Shown here: piece by piece, positions 1 to 12,400 of the stretch
Layout of the letters: each line of letters begins with the position of its first letter
How positions within the stretch are numbered: the first letter of the stretch is position 1
Assembly (NCBI RefSeq): GCF_006345805.1
Contig: NC_043009.1
Location: forward strand, 930,001 to 994,000
Length of the DNA stretch: 64,000 nt
Direction of reading: 5' to 3'
Source: Octopus sinensis
Taxonomy: Eukaryota
The notes under the pieces: model-generated
The model's database searches: none
What the model was told of the DNA's origin: nothing
The model's input: the letters and a program-made list of their open reading frames with translations, nothing else
Program-made: the position numbers and the translations under genes

Positions 1-159
1 CTGATATAATTCCAAACTGCAATCAGCAGTAGTACCATGGAATTAAGAAGAATTTTGATAGCTTATGGTCTAAAGTTCAATTCCTGCCACAGAAAAAGCC
101 AGCTGTGACAAGGTCATTCTCTTAGCTCTTTAGCATTCAGATTACTGCCGAATGACTGA

Positions 160-590
160 GGACTAGCAGGCCAAGAGGCTGCACCTGACTCCAATCTGAT
201 CTGGAGAGGTTTCTACAGCTGGATGCCCTTCCTAATGCCAACTACTCTGAGAGTATTGTGGGTGCTTTTTATGTGTCACTGGCATGGGGGCCAGTCAGGC
301 GGCACCGACCATGTTCAAATGGTGCTTTTTACGTGCCACCAGCAAGGGAGCCAGTCAGGAGGCACTGGCATCAACCACACTCGAAAGGTACTTTTTATGC
401 GTCACTGGCACAGGAACCAGTCAGGCAGCACTAGCATCGACCACACTCAAATGGTGCTTTTTATGTGCCACCAGCATGGGATCAGTCAACTAGCACTGGC
501 ATCGACCATGCTCGAATGGTGCTTTTTGTGTGTCACCAGCATGGGAGCCGGTCAGGCGGCACTGGCATCGACCACGCTTGTATGGTGATG
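160..590 (-). mobile_element. RTE-tail short element with an internal ~66-bp minisatellite (5 units)
   Basis: gtttctacagctggatgcccttcctaatgccaac core, then a repeated ggtgctttttatgtgccacc...ggcatcgaccac unit. Confidence 0.8.
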
Positions 591-1370
591 ACATTGTAGG
601 GTAGGTGTGAGAAGCCAATTTTTGACAGTTTGAACATACAACAAGTAGAATATTTGGACTGGATATGGCCAGTTTAAATGCAAAAGGGTCAAGTTATAAG
701 CTAAGAGTTCTTTGCTTGGCAGCCACATGTTTTCAGGTTCAGTCTCACCATGTGGCAACTTGAGCAAGTGTCTTTTACTATAGACTTGGGCTAACCAATG
801 CCTTGAGAGGGATACTGAGTGGAAGCTGTGTGTGTGTTTGTCCACCACCACTTGATAATTGGTGTTAGTTTGTTTACATCCCCATAGCTTAATGTTTCGG
901 TAAAAGAGATCAATAGAATAAGTCTCAGACATAAAAAGTAAAATGATTTGTTCAACTAAGTCCTTCAGAGTGGTGCCTCAGCATGGCCGCAGTCCAATGA
1001 CTGGAACAAGTTAAAGATAAAAGGCAAAGATTCATCCACTTAGCAAAACAGGAGTTAAGAGTTGAGTATCAGAGATGGTCACTTTTTTTTCCTTTTTTTT
1101 TTCCTCAGCTTTATATAGATTGAAACATAACGATTGGATGAATTGATAAGGTGTCATCCTACAGGCAGATTGTATAGTACCATTGATGCTGTACTCTACC
1201 CTTGACATAGAGTATACCAACATAAAATTTTTGTGAGGAGTGTGAGGTGTTGGTGATTAAAGAGAAATATTATGCCCAGGTGCACATATATATATTATAT
1301 ATATATACACACACAACATAATATTTCATTAGTCACATTGCTTGTAATTAGATTTTCCCTAATTAACACA

Positions 1371-1554
1371 TAAAAAAAGCACCCACTACACTCACGGAGT
1401 GGTTGGTGTTAGGAAGGGCATCCAGCTGTAGAAACATTGCCAGATAAGACCGGAGCCTGGTGCAGCTTTCTGGCTTCCCAGATCACCGGTCGAACCGTCC
1501 AACCCATGCCAGCATGGAGAACGGACGTTAAACGACGATGATGATGATGATGAT
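1371..1554 (+). mobile_element. RTE-tail short element (SINE or truncated LINE)
   Basis: Matches the 3' tail of both RTEs; ends ggacgttaaacgac(gat)n. Confidence 0.85.
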
Positions 1555-1582
1555 ATTATACACACAAACATACACACACACA

Positions 1583-1740
1583 CATCATCATCATATTTAT
1601 GGTTGCCTTCCATGCTGGCATGGATGGGTTGGACAGTTTGACAGGCTCCGATCATTTGGAGACCCACATCCTGCTCTAGTGTCTCAGTTTTGGCATGGTT
1701 TCTATGGCTGGCTGCTCGTCCTAACACCTGTGCACCTACA
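1583..1740 (-). mobile_element. RTE-tail short element, tail-to-tail with 1371-1554
   Basis: (cat)n...ccttccatgctggcatggatgggttggacagtttgacagg. Confidence 0.8.
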
Positions 1741-1944
1741 GGTGAAAATCAGAGCAGCAAGAAATTAACGTGAGCAAAATAAAATTATTAATCTCTACTA
1801 TGGTACTGAATAGCCTTTTGTCTCACAGTTAACATTAAACAGGCAAATATATATATATATATAAGAATAATGGAAAATGGAGACAAACGCTCAAGATGTT
1901 ATCTAAATCATTCATATCACTTTATTACCAACATGTTTCGATAG

Positions 1945-2150
1945 ATCATCATCATCATCATCATCACCGTTTAACATCCGCTTTCCATGCTAGCATGGGT
2001 TGGATGATTTGACTGAGGTCTGGCAAACCAGATGGCTGCACCAGGCTGCAATCTGATCTGGCAGAGTTTCTACAGCTGGATGCCCTTCCTAACACCAACC
2101 ACTCCGAGAGTGTCGTGGGTGCTTTTTACATGCCACCGGCACAAGGCATT
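1945..2150 (-). mobile_element. RTE-tail short element
   Basis: (cat)n cgtttaacatccgctttccatgctagcatgggttgg...gtgctttttacatgccaccggcaca. Confidence 0.85.
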
Positions 2151-2890
2151 GCATTAAAATAAACCCCAGAGGAAGAATAATTTGGAAAAATGCATCAATC
2201 TTATCAAGGAGGAGATTATTGTTTTCCATACACACATTATATATTATATATTGTAGTTTCTTCCATCTGTAAAAATGACTTATTAACGAGCATTGTTGTT
2301 TATAATCTCCTCCCTGATGAGACTGATGCATTTTACCAAATTATTCTTCCTCTCAGATTTATTTTAATGCATCCATCGAAACATATGTCGGGGGTTATAT
2401 GGTGATGTAAAGGATTTAAATAACATCTTGACCGTTTGTCTCCATTTCCCATTATTCTTATGTTCTCCAAAACACATCTTACTTCTCCTCGGAACTAACA
2501 CCCATGCAAGTATGATTACTAATTCCTTAGGCGCGTCTGTGACATTTGGCTCCCCTGGTAACTATTCCTCTGGATCTTCCCTTGTCAATTGTACATATAT
2601 ATCTATATGTTATACTCTATTTTAATCCAACTATGCTTAGCAATAGTCAGTTCAGTTAATGTTTAAAGTTATCATAAATTGAAGTTAATTAATTAGGATA
2701 CACAAAATGATCTCAGCTATAAAATTAGGCAATCAAATATCAATTAGAACTGATCTGAAAAAAGAAAAAAAGAACCCCCAAATTATTACTTGCATTTAAC
2801 TAAAAAACAAACTTCCACTTAATAAATATTTGTTTGTTTAAGACAAGGAACAAAACTGCTATTTTTTTAAGAAGAAAGAAGGAATAACAG

Positions 2891-2926
<36 letters not shown>

Positions 2927-3917
2927 CACTCATTTTTTTTTTCTTGTCAAGGATATAAGCAACATAAGTGGAGAATTAAAACCATCTTGAGGTTTTGCCT
3001 GAGTAGGAGAGGTTAATTCATGCTTTATGGTACATGCCAATTCGTACTTAGAATTTCTTTTATTTTCCTACAACCACATGATACACCATATCTGATGGCA
3101 TATAACACGCACACTTTACCCAAGAAAATGCCCCCTCCCCACTCAAAAAAATAACCCTTGGTCTTATATGTGATGTTTGTCCTTATATTACGTGCTTAAA
3201 ATGAAGTAAAAGTTATTTGTCCTGAACATGTGCAGCTGAAATTGGAGTACATCGAATGGACCCATGAGTCTTTTATGCCATCAAATACAGTAATTTCACA
3301 CACAAATGCTTTGTTACAATTCACTCTCTTTCCATACACACACACACACACACAAATGTAAGCATACCAACCAATCCACTCATTGTGTCAGACTTAAAGA
3401 AACACATTATAACCAGTGTGTGTGTGTGTGTAAGCAATTGGTGAAGAAAATAAAGGCAGAATTGATGAAGACTTTGAATAGAACCAGTACAAAAAGAAAA
3501 GATAATGTTTAACAACAACAGAAGTGTATACATTGGTGAAGAAGATCAATTGTATTTACAGGTTTGTTGTGGGTGGGGAATATGTCACCATCAGATTTGT
3601 GTGTTTTATAATAATAAGTTCACCTAAAATACAGAATCCAACAATGTTTGCATAATCGCATCACATTAAATTTTTTTTCTAGTCCACGTACAAATTGCAC
3701 ATGTGTGTGTGTGTGTGCGTGTGTGTGTGTGTGCAAGAGTGTGTGCATTGTTGTGTTGTGCATGTGTATGTGAGAGGACAATGAAGGTAAGTGAAGACAA
3801 ACAGACAGACAGACAGAGTGAGAGAGAGAGAGAGAGACGGACAAACAGACAGACAGACAGACAGATAGACAGACAGACCAATAAAACTAATGTATGTGTT
3901 CCTCGTTAATATTGTTG

Positions 3918-4369
3918 TCATTTTGATTCACCTGTATTGCTAGTAGTGTTATTGTTGCTAGTACGCTCTTGACTTTTAACTGGCTGCGGTGAAGCAGTCG
4001 CTGTAATTGCAGAAGAAGAAAGTTTGCTGGCAGCCGCTGCAGTGGCAGCCTGAATGACACTGACCCCCTGTGCAGGGAGGGCCTGGCCAGGTGTCATTGT
4101 GGCTAGTTTCATACCGGCCGACGGAGTTATGATCCGAGCATAGACTGGTGGTGGTTTGCCCTTGCCAGCAAACTTCCCTTGGACTTTAGCTGTTTGTAGT
4201 AACTGTGCTGATGACAAGACTGTGGTTCCCGACTGTTGCAAAGCTGGTTGTGAGATCAAGATTGTTGTTTGGCCGGCTTTCACACTGGATGGCTGTGAAA
4301 GTACAGTTCTTACAACCTGGATATTTTGCGTTGGTTTTCCACTGTTGCTGCTCACGATTATAGGTGTTG
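3918..4369 (-). CDS. NFRKB: NFRKB last coding exon [12 protein letters not shown]...TGESK-stop
   Basis: ttgtag acceptor at 4370-4371; TGA at 3918-3920. Confidence 0.85.
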
Positions 4370-5902
4370 CTACAAGATAATAATAAAACAGTAAATGAGC
4401 ACAATCAATAAATATCAAAGCAAATAAATCAAATGAAAATAAAAAAAAAAGCAACAACAATATAATAAATAAATACAAGTTTATAATTTTTCCCACTATC
4501 AATATCATCGTTAGAGGTGAAAAGACTTTCAACTACAATTTGATTGGAGATCCAATGAAGCAAAAAATATAATCTAGATGTAAATATCAAAATATCTTTT
4601 ATCTCAAAAAATCCACCCATCCATCCACCCACTTTCTCTGCTCACTATTCTTGGAAAGGTTGTGGGAGCAGAGTTCTCAAGCACCGCCTCTATATATGGT
4701 CCTATCAGGAGCAATCAGCATTACACTTTTCAGCTGGATTCTCAAGTGTGACCAACTGAGACTATCGATATTACCCAACCATCTCGTTTGGTCTACTTCG
4801 TTTGGTCTCCTGCTGGTTGGCTCAGCTTCAAGAATTCCTCTTGTGATGTTTTCCTGTGCAAATTCTAATAACATGTCCGTAGTCCCAGACCTGTGACCTC
4901 AACACATGAAGCTAATGGAAACGTGGGACCAAGACCACCAGAAGACTCTAGTCGGAGGCCAAGTAGCCTCCAGGCACAGAGGAGGAGTTGAACTAAACCA
5001 ATACTACACCCTATTGAAATTTTACAGTGTTACCAAATACGTGACTACCTGATGGAAGCTAAATACCAAAGGGACAAGGTGTTTGATTACCAAGGTAGGG
5101 ATACAATTTCAAATTTATTGGTTTCAAATTTTGGCACAAGGCCAGCAATTTCGTGGGCGGGGGGAGCGAACTTATAATCTTGTTAACAACAACAACTCGT
5201 ACTAGTCATTTAGACATTTCATTTATTCCATTGGACATTAGGTTAATTATGGGCTCCAATTTAGGCACACAGACAGCAATTTTGATGGAATGGGACCAGT
5301 CAAAATGATTGTGGCCCTATGCTTGACAGATATTTTATTTGACTGACCCTAAAAGGATGAAAGGCAAAGTTAACCCTGGTGGTATTTGAACTCAGAATGT
5401 AAGGAACCAGAAAAACGTTTTTTCCAATGCTCTAATGATTCTGCCAGTTTGTCATTTTAAGAGAAACACTAATTTCAAAAACCTTACAGAAAAACTGTTG
5501 AGTTTAGTTACCTTGACTGACTGTAGGTGTCACTGTGGTGTCAGCAGAGCCAACTTTGACACTTGTTCCTGTCGCTGGTTGATGGAGTATGAACTGAGCA
5601 GGAAGCAGCCCAGCTTGAGCTGCAGTCACAACTTTGGCTTGGGAAACTCCGGACAAACCTTTAAAACACACAGCAAAAATATAAATAGTGACAGTTACTT
5701 CCAGTTTCCTTTTGTAGATGCATTTATAGCATGCATGCAAGGTCCAAAATTGTACAAAAAAAAAACAAACAAAAGACACAGACAGGGAAAATGGAAGAAG
5801 TCTTTGAGGTTTCAAGCCCAAACTCTTCTATAGAAAGGAATAAGGAGAGAAAACAGATGCAGAGAGGAAAAATGTGTCTGGACTAAAAGTTGTATATGTT
5901 GA

Positions 5903-5940
<38 letters not shown>

Positions 5941-8900
5941 CAGACAAAAAAAAAATAATAATAATAAACATAGATTTTTAAAGACTATGTCAGTGTAAAA
6001 TATAATGATCCTAATCATTTTAATGTCTGCTTTTCTATGTTTCCATGTCTTCTTGAGCTGTAACAGCATTCAGCTGTTCAGTTCACTGCATTGAGAGTTC
6101 AGAATAGTTTCAAGGGATGATCAGAGTCTAGGAAACAAAGTTCCTGTCTGTATTTGTAAGCCACCATACATGACCTGTGGCAAGATGTCCTTGTGTTATG
6201 CCTTTTCACTGCAGGATGTCTGCAGACGTGATCGAAGCTTGCGGATTCCAGAACAGAGGCCACCTGGAATTCACCATTGCCCTCCAGTTAACTGGCTTGC
6301 AGTCCTAGCACTGCCGGTGTCAGACCTGTCCTCCTTGGGTGGCTCTACCAGGGACTTGAGGCCCCCAATGGCATAACTCTGACACTCACTTGTTTAACCT
6401 TCCCACCACAACGAGGTCAAGAGTTTACATGAGTCAGATGGAATTTATTAAAGCAGATTGTCTACAACTGAATGGCCTTCCTATCACCAACCTTCACTAG
6501 TTTCCAAGTATGATAATATTTGCCCATGACCAGACATGTTTACACAGAAGACTGGAAATGCAGGACTCTGCTTGTACCAATGTGAAAGTCACCTACAACT
6601 CCTTGTCAATCCAAGGAGACACACACACACATATATATACATATATAATATATTTATTCGGATGAATTTATCTTCAGCCTTTAATAGGAATTTTTTCCAT
6701 AGATTTCTAATGTCTTTTCCTCATACGCTATTTACGAGTTTCTAAATCATATAGGTATGAAAGTATGTAAAGAAATAATCAATATAATATAAATTTATGA
6801 AACAAAGTTAAATAAATTTCATCAAATATATGAAATGAAGTAGAATGGATGTTAAAATGGATTATCCTTTTATTTCATATTCCCAGATAATTGTTTCTGA
6901 CAAAAGGACCAAGGTTTTGATAAAGAGGACATCATAAAAGTCAAATTTGTACTCTTCAGTAGATGAGATTTAAAGAATAATAAGCAGAAAGATGTTTAAT
7001 ATATACCTACAATAACTAAGAAAAAATTCTATGTATATTTTAAACATCTTTTTGTTTATTTTATTTCAAATCTCACCTACTGAAAAGTACAAATTCGACC
7101 TTTATGATGTTCTCTTTATTGAAATTTTGGTCCTTTTGTCAGAAACAATTGTCTGGGAATCTCTCTCTATATAAACGGCAGTTTGTCTGTGTGTGTTTCT
7201 GTGTGTCTGTTAGCTTGTACCCTCACCCTGACCACGGCTTTCAACCGATTCTGATGAAACTTAACACACACATAGCCCAATGTCATAATTCAAAACTAAT
7301 GCAGAGAAAATTTTGAAAAGTTTCCCCAGTTCTGAAAAAAAATCAATAAATTCGACATGGGGTCGAGAATCAGAAACACAAACCACAGACTGTCTAGGGG
7401 ACGCAACTCGACCGTTTTAACTCTCAAAAAAAATTTACCAAAATTTTTTTTCCATTTTTTTGGCTATAACTCTCTAAAAATGCTTTATAGTTATTTCCCT
7501 TACAAACCCGAGCAACGCCGGGCGATACTGCTAGTATGAAATAAAAGCATAATCCATTTTAACATCCAATCTGCTTCATTTCATTTATCTAATGAAATTT
7601 TTTGAACTTTGTTTAATAAATTAAGTCTTATATTATTTCTTTATATATATATATATATAAATAAAATAATAATATTAGGGAGTATAACTCCAAACTTACA
7701 GAGAAAAATTCAATTTAGTATTAAATCAAATTTCACAATATAAATATGTAATATATATAGATTAGAGAAAAACCACTATTATGCAATTCAAACAATGATA
7801 GACATAAACCAAATCATAAATAAAAAATAAAATATATTTTTTTTAAACATATAACTAGATCACAAAAAGTATAAAAATGAATAATCAATATACATATATA
7901 TATATAATTGTTTGAATTGTATAATAGTAGTTTTTCTCTTATTTTATAATATATCAGCTGCGAATGATCCGTGTATCTTGTTTTTGTCCTGTTTGCCAAT
8001 TGTTGTTGTACTCTCGCCTATTTCCCCGCATGTTGTGTCTTGTTGGTTTCCGTCTGTTCTGTTCTACCTTTGATTTTTAGATATGTATATATATATATAT
8101 GATCACAGAGTACCAAAAGCACAAGTTCCACTACAGTGGACATGTCACAAGGTTCACAGATAACAGGTGGACCTCTGCAGTAACTGAGAGTGGTTGCAGA
8201 GAATCTGCCTCAACAAACTCTGTCCAATTCTTTCAAAAATGGTAAAGTGGACATTAAAAAAAATGATATTGAGATTTCTTTATATTCGAGTGAACGTTTT
8301 TATAATCTTTACTTCAAATATGTTAGCAGTAACGTGCATATCTAATATTCATCACCTGGAAAAAAAGTACATGGCTACAACTGAAGTACAATTTAAAATC
8401 AGTTCAGCTGAGTCACTGCAAAAGTGAAAGTTAAGAGAGGGGGGATGGAAAGGGGAGAAGGGAGAGGATTGACTTACCTGGTCGGAGGGTGATGTTCCCA
8501 GGAGCCAGGTGTGTAACTACGATGCCACCTTGACCAGGGGAGACAACCTTTGGCTGACTGACAACTTGTAAAGGCTGCTGGCTGAGCAAAGTGCTGGCAG
8601 AGGTTGTAACAGCAACCGTTTTCAACTGTGACATTACAGTGGCTGACTGCAATGCCGAGCTAAGTACTGTCGTTGTCCCTGAATTGGCTGTCACTGAATG
8701 AAAGAAAGAATTCAAACAGAAAATTGGTGAGTTTTAAATAAAAGATTCTGAAAAATTCTTCATATTTTCAGATTTCAATTTTAACCTTTTTCATCCTATC
8801 CTGTCAGAGACTGTGTCTGATTTTCTAAAGTGTTCTAAATTAAAATCTTGCCTCAAAAGTTTGGTTTTGTCTCAATTTGGAAAATAATAAAGAATTTAGA

Positions 8901-9406
8901 AAAAAAATAACTTTCTCATTATTAAAATGGTGTTTGGAACACAAATTAAAATGGAATTTTGATGAAAGGTTTGAATTCACATCACTTTAAGACAGAACTG
9001 ATGGGGAGAAGCGATTTCATGCAGGCTGGTATTAAAAGGATTAACCTTTTAGCATTTAAACCAGCCATATTCTACCTGTTTCGTGTTTACACCAGCCCCC
9101 CCCCCCTACACCTACCCTACAATGTCATTCTAAAAATAAACAATCACATCATTGAAATTTCAAAGCTATGAGATAATCCAGGATTAACTCAAAACAATGT
9201 GGATAAATAAACATTATATTTAACAGAAAGGTTACTCTCTTTACTCTTGTACTTGTTTCAGTCATTTGACTGTGGCCATGCTGGAGCACCGCCTTTAGTC
9301 GAGCAAATCGATCCCAGGACTTATTCTTTCTAAGCCTAGTACTTATTCTATCAGTCTCTTTTGCCGAATTCTAAGTTACGGGGACAAACACAGACACACA
9401 CACACA

Positions 9407-9452
<46 letters not shown>

Positions 9453-12400
9453 TATATACAATGAGCTTCTTTCAGTTTCCATCTATCAAATCCACTCACA
9501 TGGCTTTGGTCGGCCTGAGGCTATAGTAGAAGACATTTGCCCAATGTGCCACGCAGTGGGACTGAACCCGGAACCATGTGGTTCGTAAGCAAGCTACTTA
9601 CCACACAGCCACTCCTACACCTATTAATTCTACAGCTTACCTGTTGAGCTTGTTGGTCTGGTCATCTGGGCAGAATCTGTGAGAGTGACCACAGAAGTGT
9701 TACTACCCTGTGGTATGATATTAATTGTTGGCAATGCTCCCTGAGCAGTCTGAATGACATTCACCGATGGACGCGATTTCCCGTCAATCTGCAAAATTCC
9801 TTTGGTCGTTTGTACAGCTTTCCCAGTCAACTGAACTGGTTTACCACCAGACATTGGCTGCAAAATATTGCTACCTACAAAAACAAAGAAACAAGTTAAT
9901 AATTAACAACATGCTTTAATTAAAATGAAAGAAAATAAATCAGGTGTGGCTTTGTGGTCAGGGTATTCACCTTGTGATCACAAGGTTGTGAGTTTGATAG
10001 CTGACAGGACATTGAGTCCTTGAGCAAGACACTTTATTTCACATTGCTCCAGTCCATTGTGGAGTGTAATGTGCCACAAGCAGGCTGTTCTATTGATTGG
10101 ACCAACTGAAACCCTTGTCATTGCAACCAACAGTGTTAGTAAAAGAAAGAAAAAGAGGGTTAAATGTCTTGCAAGGTTCAGTTCCGTCCCTCTGCATTTC
10201 AAGCTCAAATCCTGCCACTGTTGACTTTTGCTATTAAAACCGTCTTCAGTGGTAAAATGGTTTAAGGATTGAATTATTCAACTAGTTCTGCTCTGTAGTA
10301 AAGATTGCTTGCTAACATTACATGGCAGTCCTGGTTTAGGACGAATGTTGCTGTAATTTAGCCCCAGGAGGCATCGTCTCCAGCTGGCTGTATGACACGA
10401 TCTGTGTCCTTACATTTTCGAACAAGGGAATCTAGCAGATCGTATCGTATAGCCAGCTGGAGACGTTGTCTCCTGGGACTAAATTACAGCAACATTCGTC
10501 CTAAACCAAGACTTCCATGTTATGTTGGCAAACAATCTTTATTACAAAGTACTGTTGCTCGATATTTCACGTGAGATTTAAAAACAGTAATTTCTAAAAA
10601 ATTTTCTGTACAAATTTCTGGAATAGTGTTAATGTACAACAGCAATAAAATTTGAAATAATGATAATTCTTTAAAAATAAAAGTGACTATGACAGCTCCT
10701 ACTACTATTAACCTCTATTTTTAATCAGTCCAACTTCTAATTTCTTTAATTATTCAGTGTCCCATATGACAACAGCCGCCACAGGTTTAGCATCAACTTT
10801 GACATGCTTGCATGGCTTGGGTGAAATTCATTGAGATTTTTCACAAGTGGATGCTCTTCCTGTTGCCAACCTTCATCAGTTTCCAAGCAGGCTAATATAT
10901 TTTCCTAGTCCAGACATGTTTTCACATAAGATTGTATATAACTGACACTACTTGTATAACAGTGATGTTCATTTACAATTAGTAGTGTGTAATATCACAA
11001 GGAAACACAGACATACACACATGCAGGATTCCTTTCAGTATCCATCTACCAGTTTCACTCACGATGCTTTAACTAGCTCAGGGCTACAGCAGAAAGAGAC
11101 TTGCCCAAGGTTAGGGTTAGGACTGAACTTGAAACCACAAGACTGTGAAGCAAACATCAGGTCCACACAGTGATGCAGATAATTATAATAATTCATTATT
11201 ACCTCTGCCTTAGCAAAAGCAGAGGTATTGTTTTCAGTGATGTTTGTTTGTTTGTCCATGGACAAGATATTTTAAGAACCGCTTGATGGAATCGGATGAA
11301 ACTTTCAGGGATGTTTGGCCTCATGACTCGCATGGACTGGTTAGAGTTTGGGACCAATCCAGTACCAGACAAGGATTTGAGATTATTTCTTATATTTACT
11401 TTACATGATTACGATCTTATGTTTGCTTTCAAGTCTTTCTCAATTATCTCCCTTTAGGCTGTTTCCAAAGTTTTCTTTTTGTTTCTCTATAATTAATTTT
11501 ACTCGCGTCTCTATCTTAGTAGAAACTGATGGATAAAGAAATCAAACTACATAAACAAATGACAGCAAAACCATTCAGAAATTAAATAACACTAACATAT
11601 TTTTATAATATATATATTACATATTATACATACATATTAACACTTTACAGTATACTTACATATATGCATACATCTATACATGGATCTAAAACAACAGGAA
11701 GGCCAGAATTGAAGAGAAGAGAAAACGAAAAAGCCTCACGTTATTCATTTAAAAATTCCAGAGTAGAACTGATTATTATGACCTCCACCTCTGAAACTAT
11801 TTTGAATGGGGAATTGGTTAAGTTTGGCTTCTTTTAGATAAGGATAAACTATTTATTACTGTTACTACATTTTCTACAGCCACCTTCACATTCCATGACT
11901 ACCATTGGGATCAATCAGGTACTGGACAAGGATTCTGGATTATTTTTCCGGTTTTTTTTTACTTAATTTTTGAGAGCGGTAGGGTTCATTTTTAGTACTC
12001 CCATTAGTGAGAGCAGTCGGGTTCATTTCAGATATTCTCATTTTAAAAATCATCTCTGGCTAATCGTTGAGAGGATGTTGGTGCTGCCTTGGCAGAGGTT
12101 TGCATTCTCTGAGTGCTGTTGTTGTTATTATTACCTCCGCCTTAGCGAAGGCAGAGGTATTGTTGGTTTGTTTATCTGTGGACAAGATATCTCAAGAACT
12201 GCTGGATGGCCTTGTGACTGGCACAAACTGATTAGATTTTGGGATCGGTCCGGTACCGGACAAGGATTCTGGATTATTTTCCAGGTTTTTTTTTTTTACT
12301 TAATTGCTGAGAGAAGTCAAGTTCATTCTATTTCAAATATCCTCATTTTAAAAAGTCATCTCTGGCTAATTGTTGAGAGGACATTGGTGTTGCTTTGGTG

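Noticed and set aside
223-588. 121-aa repetitive ORF
   Set aside because: It is the translation of the 66-bp minisatellite inside an RTE-tail element.
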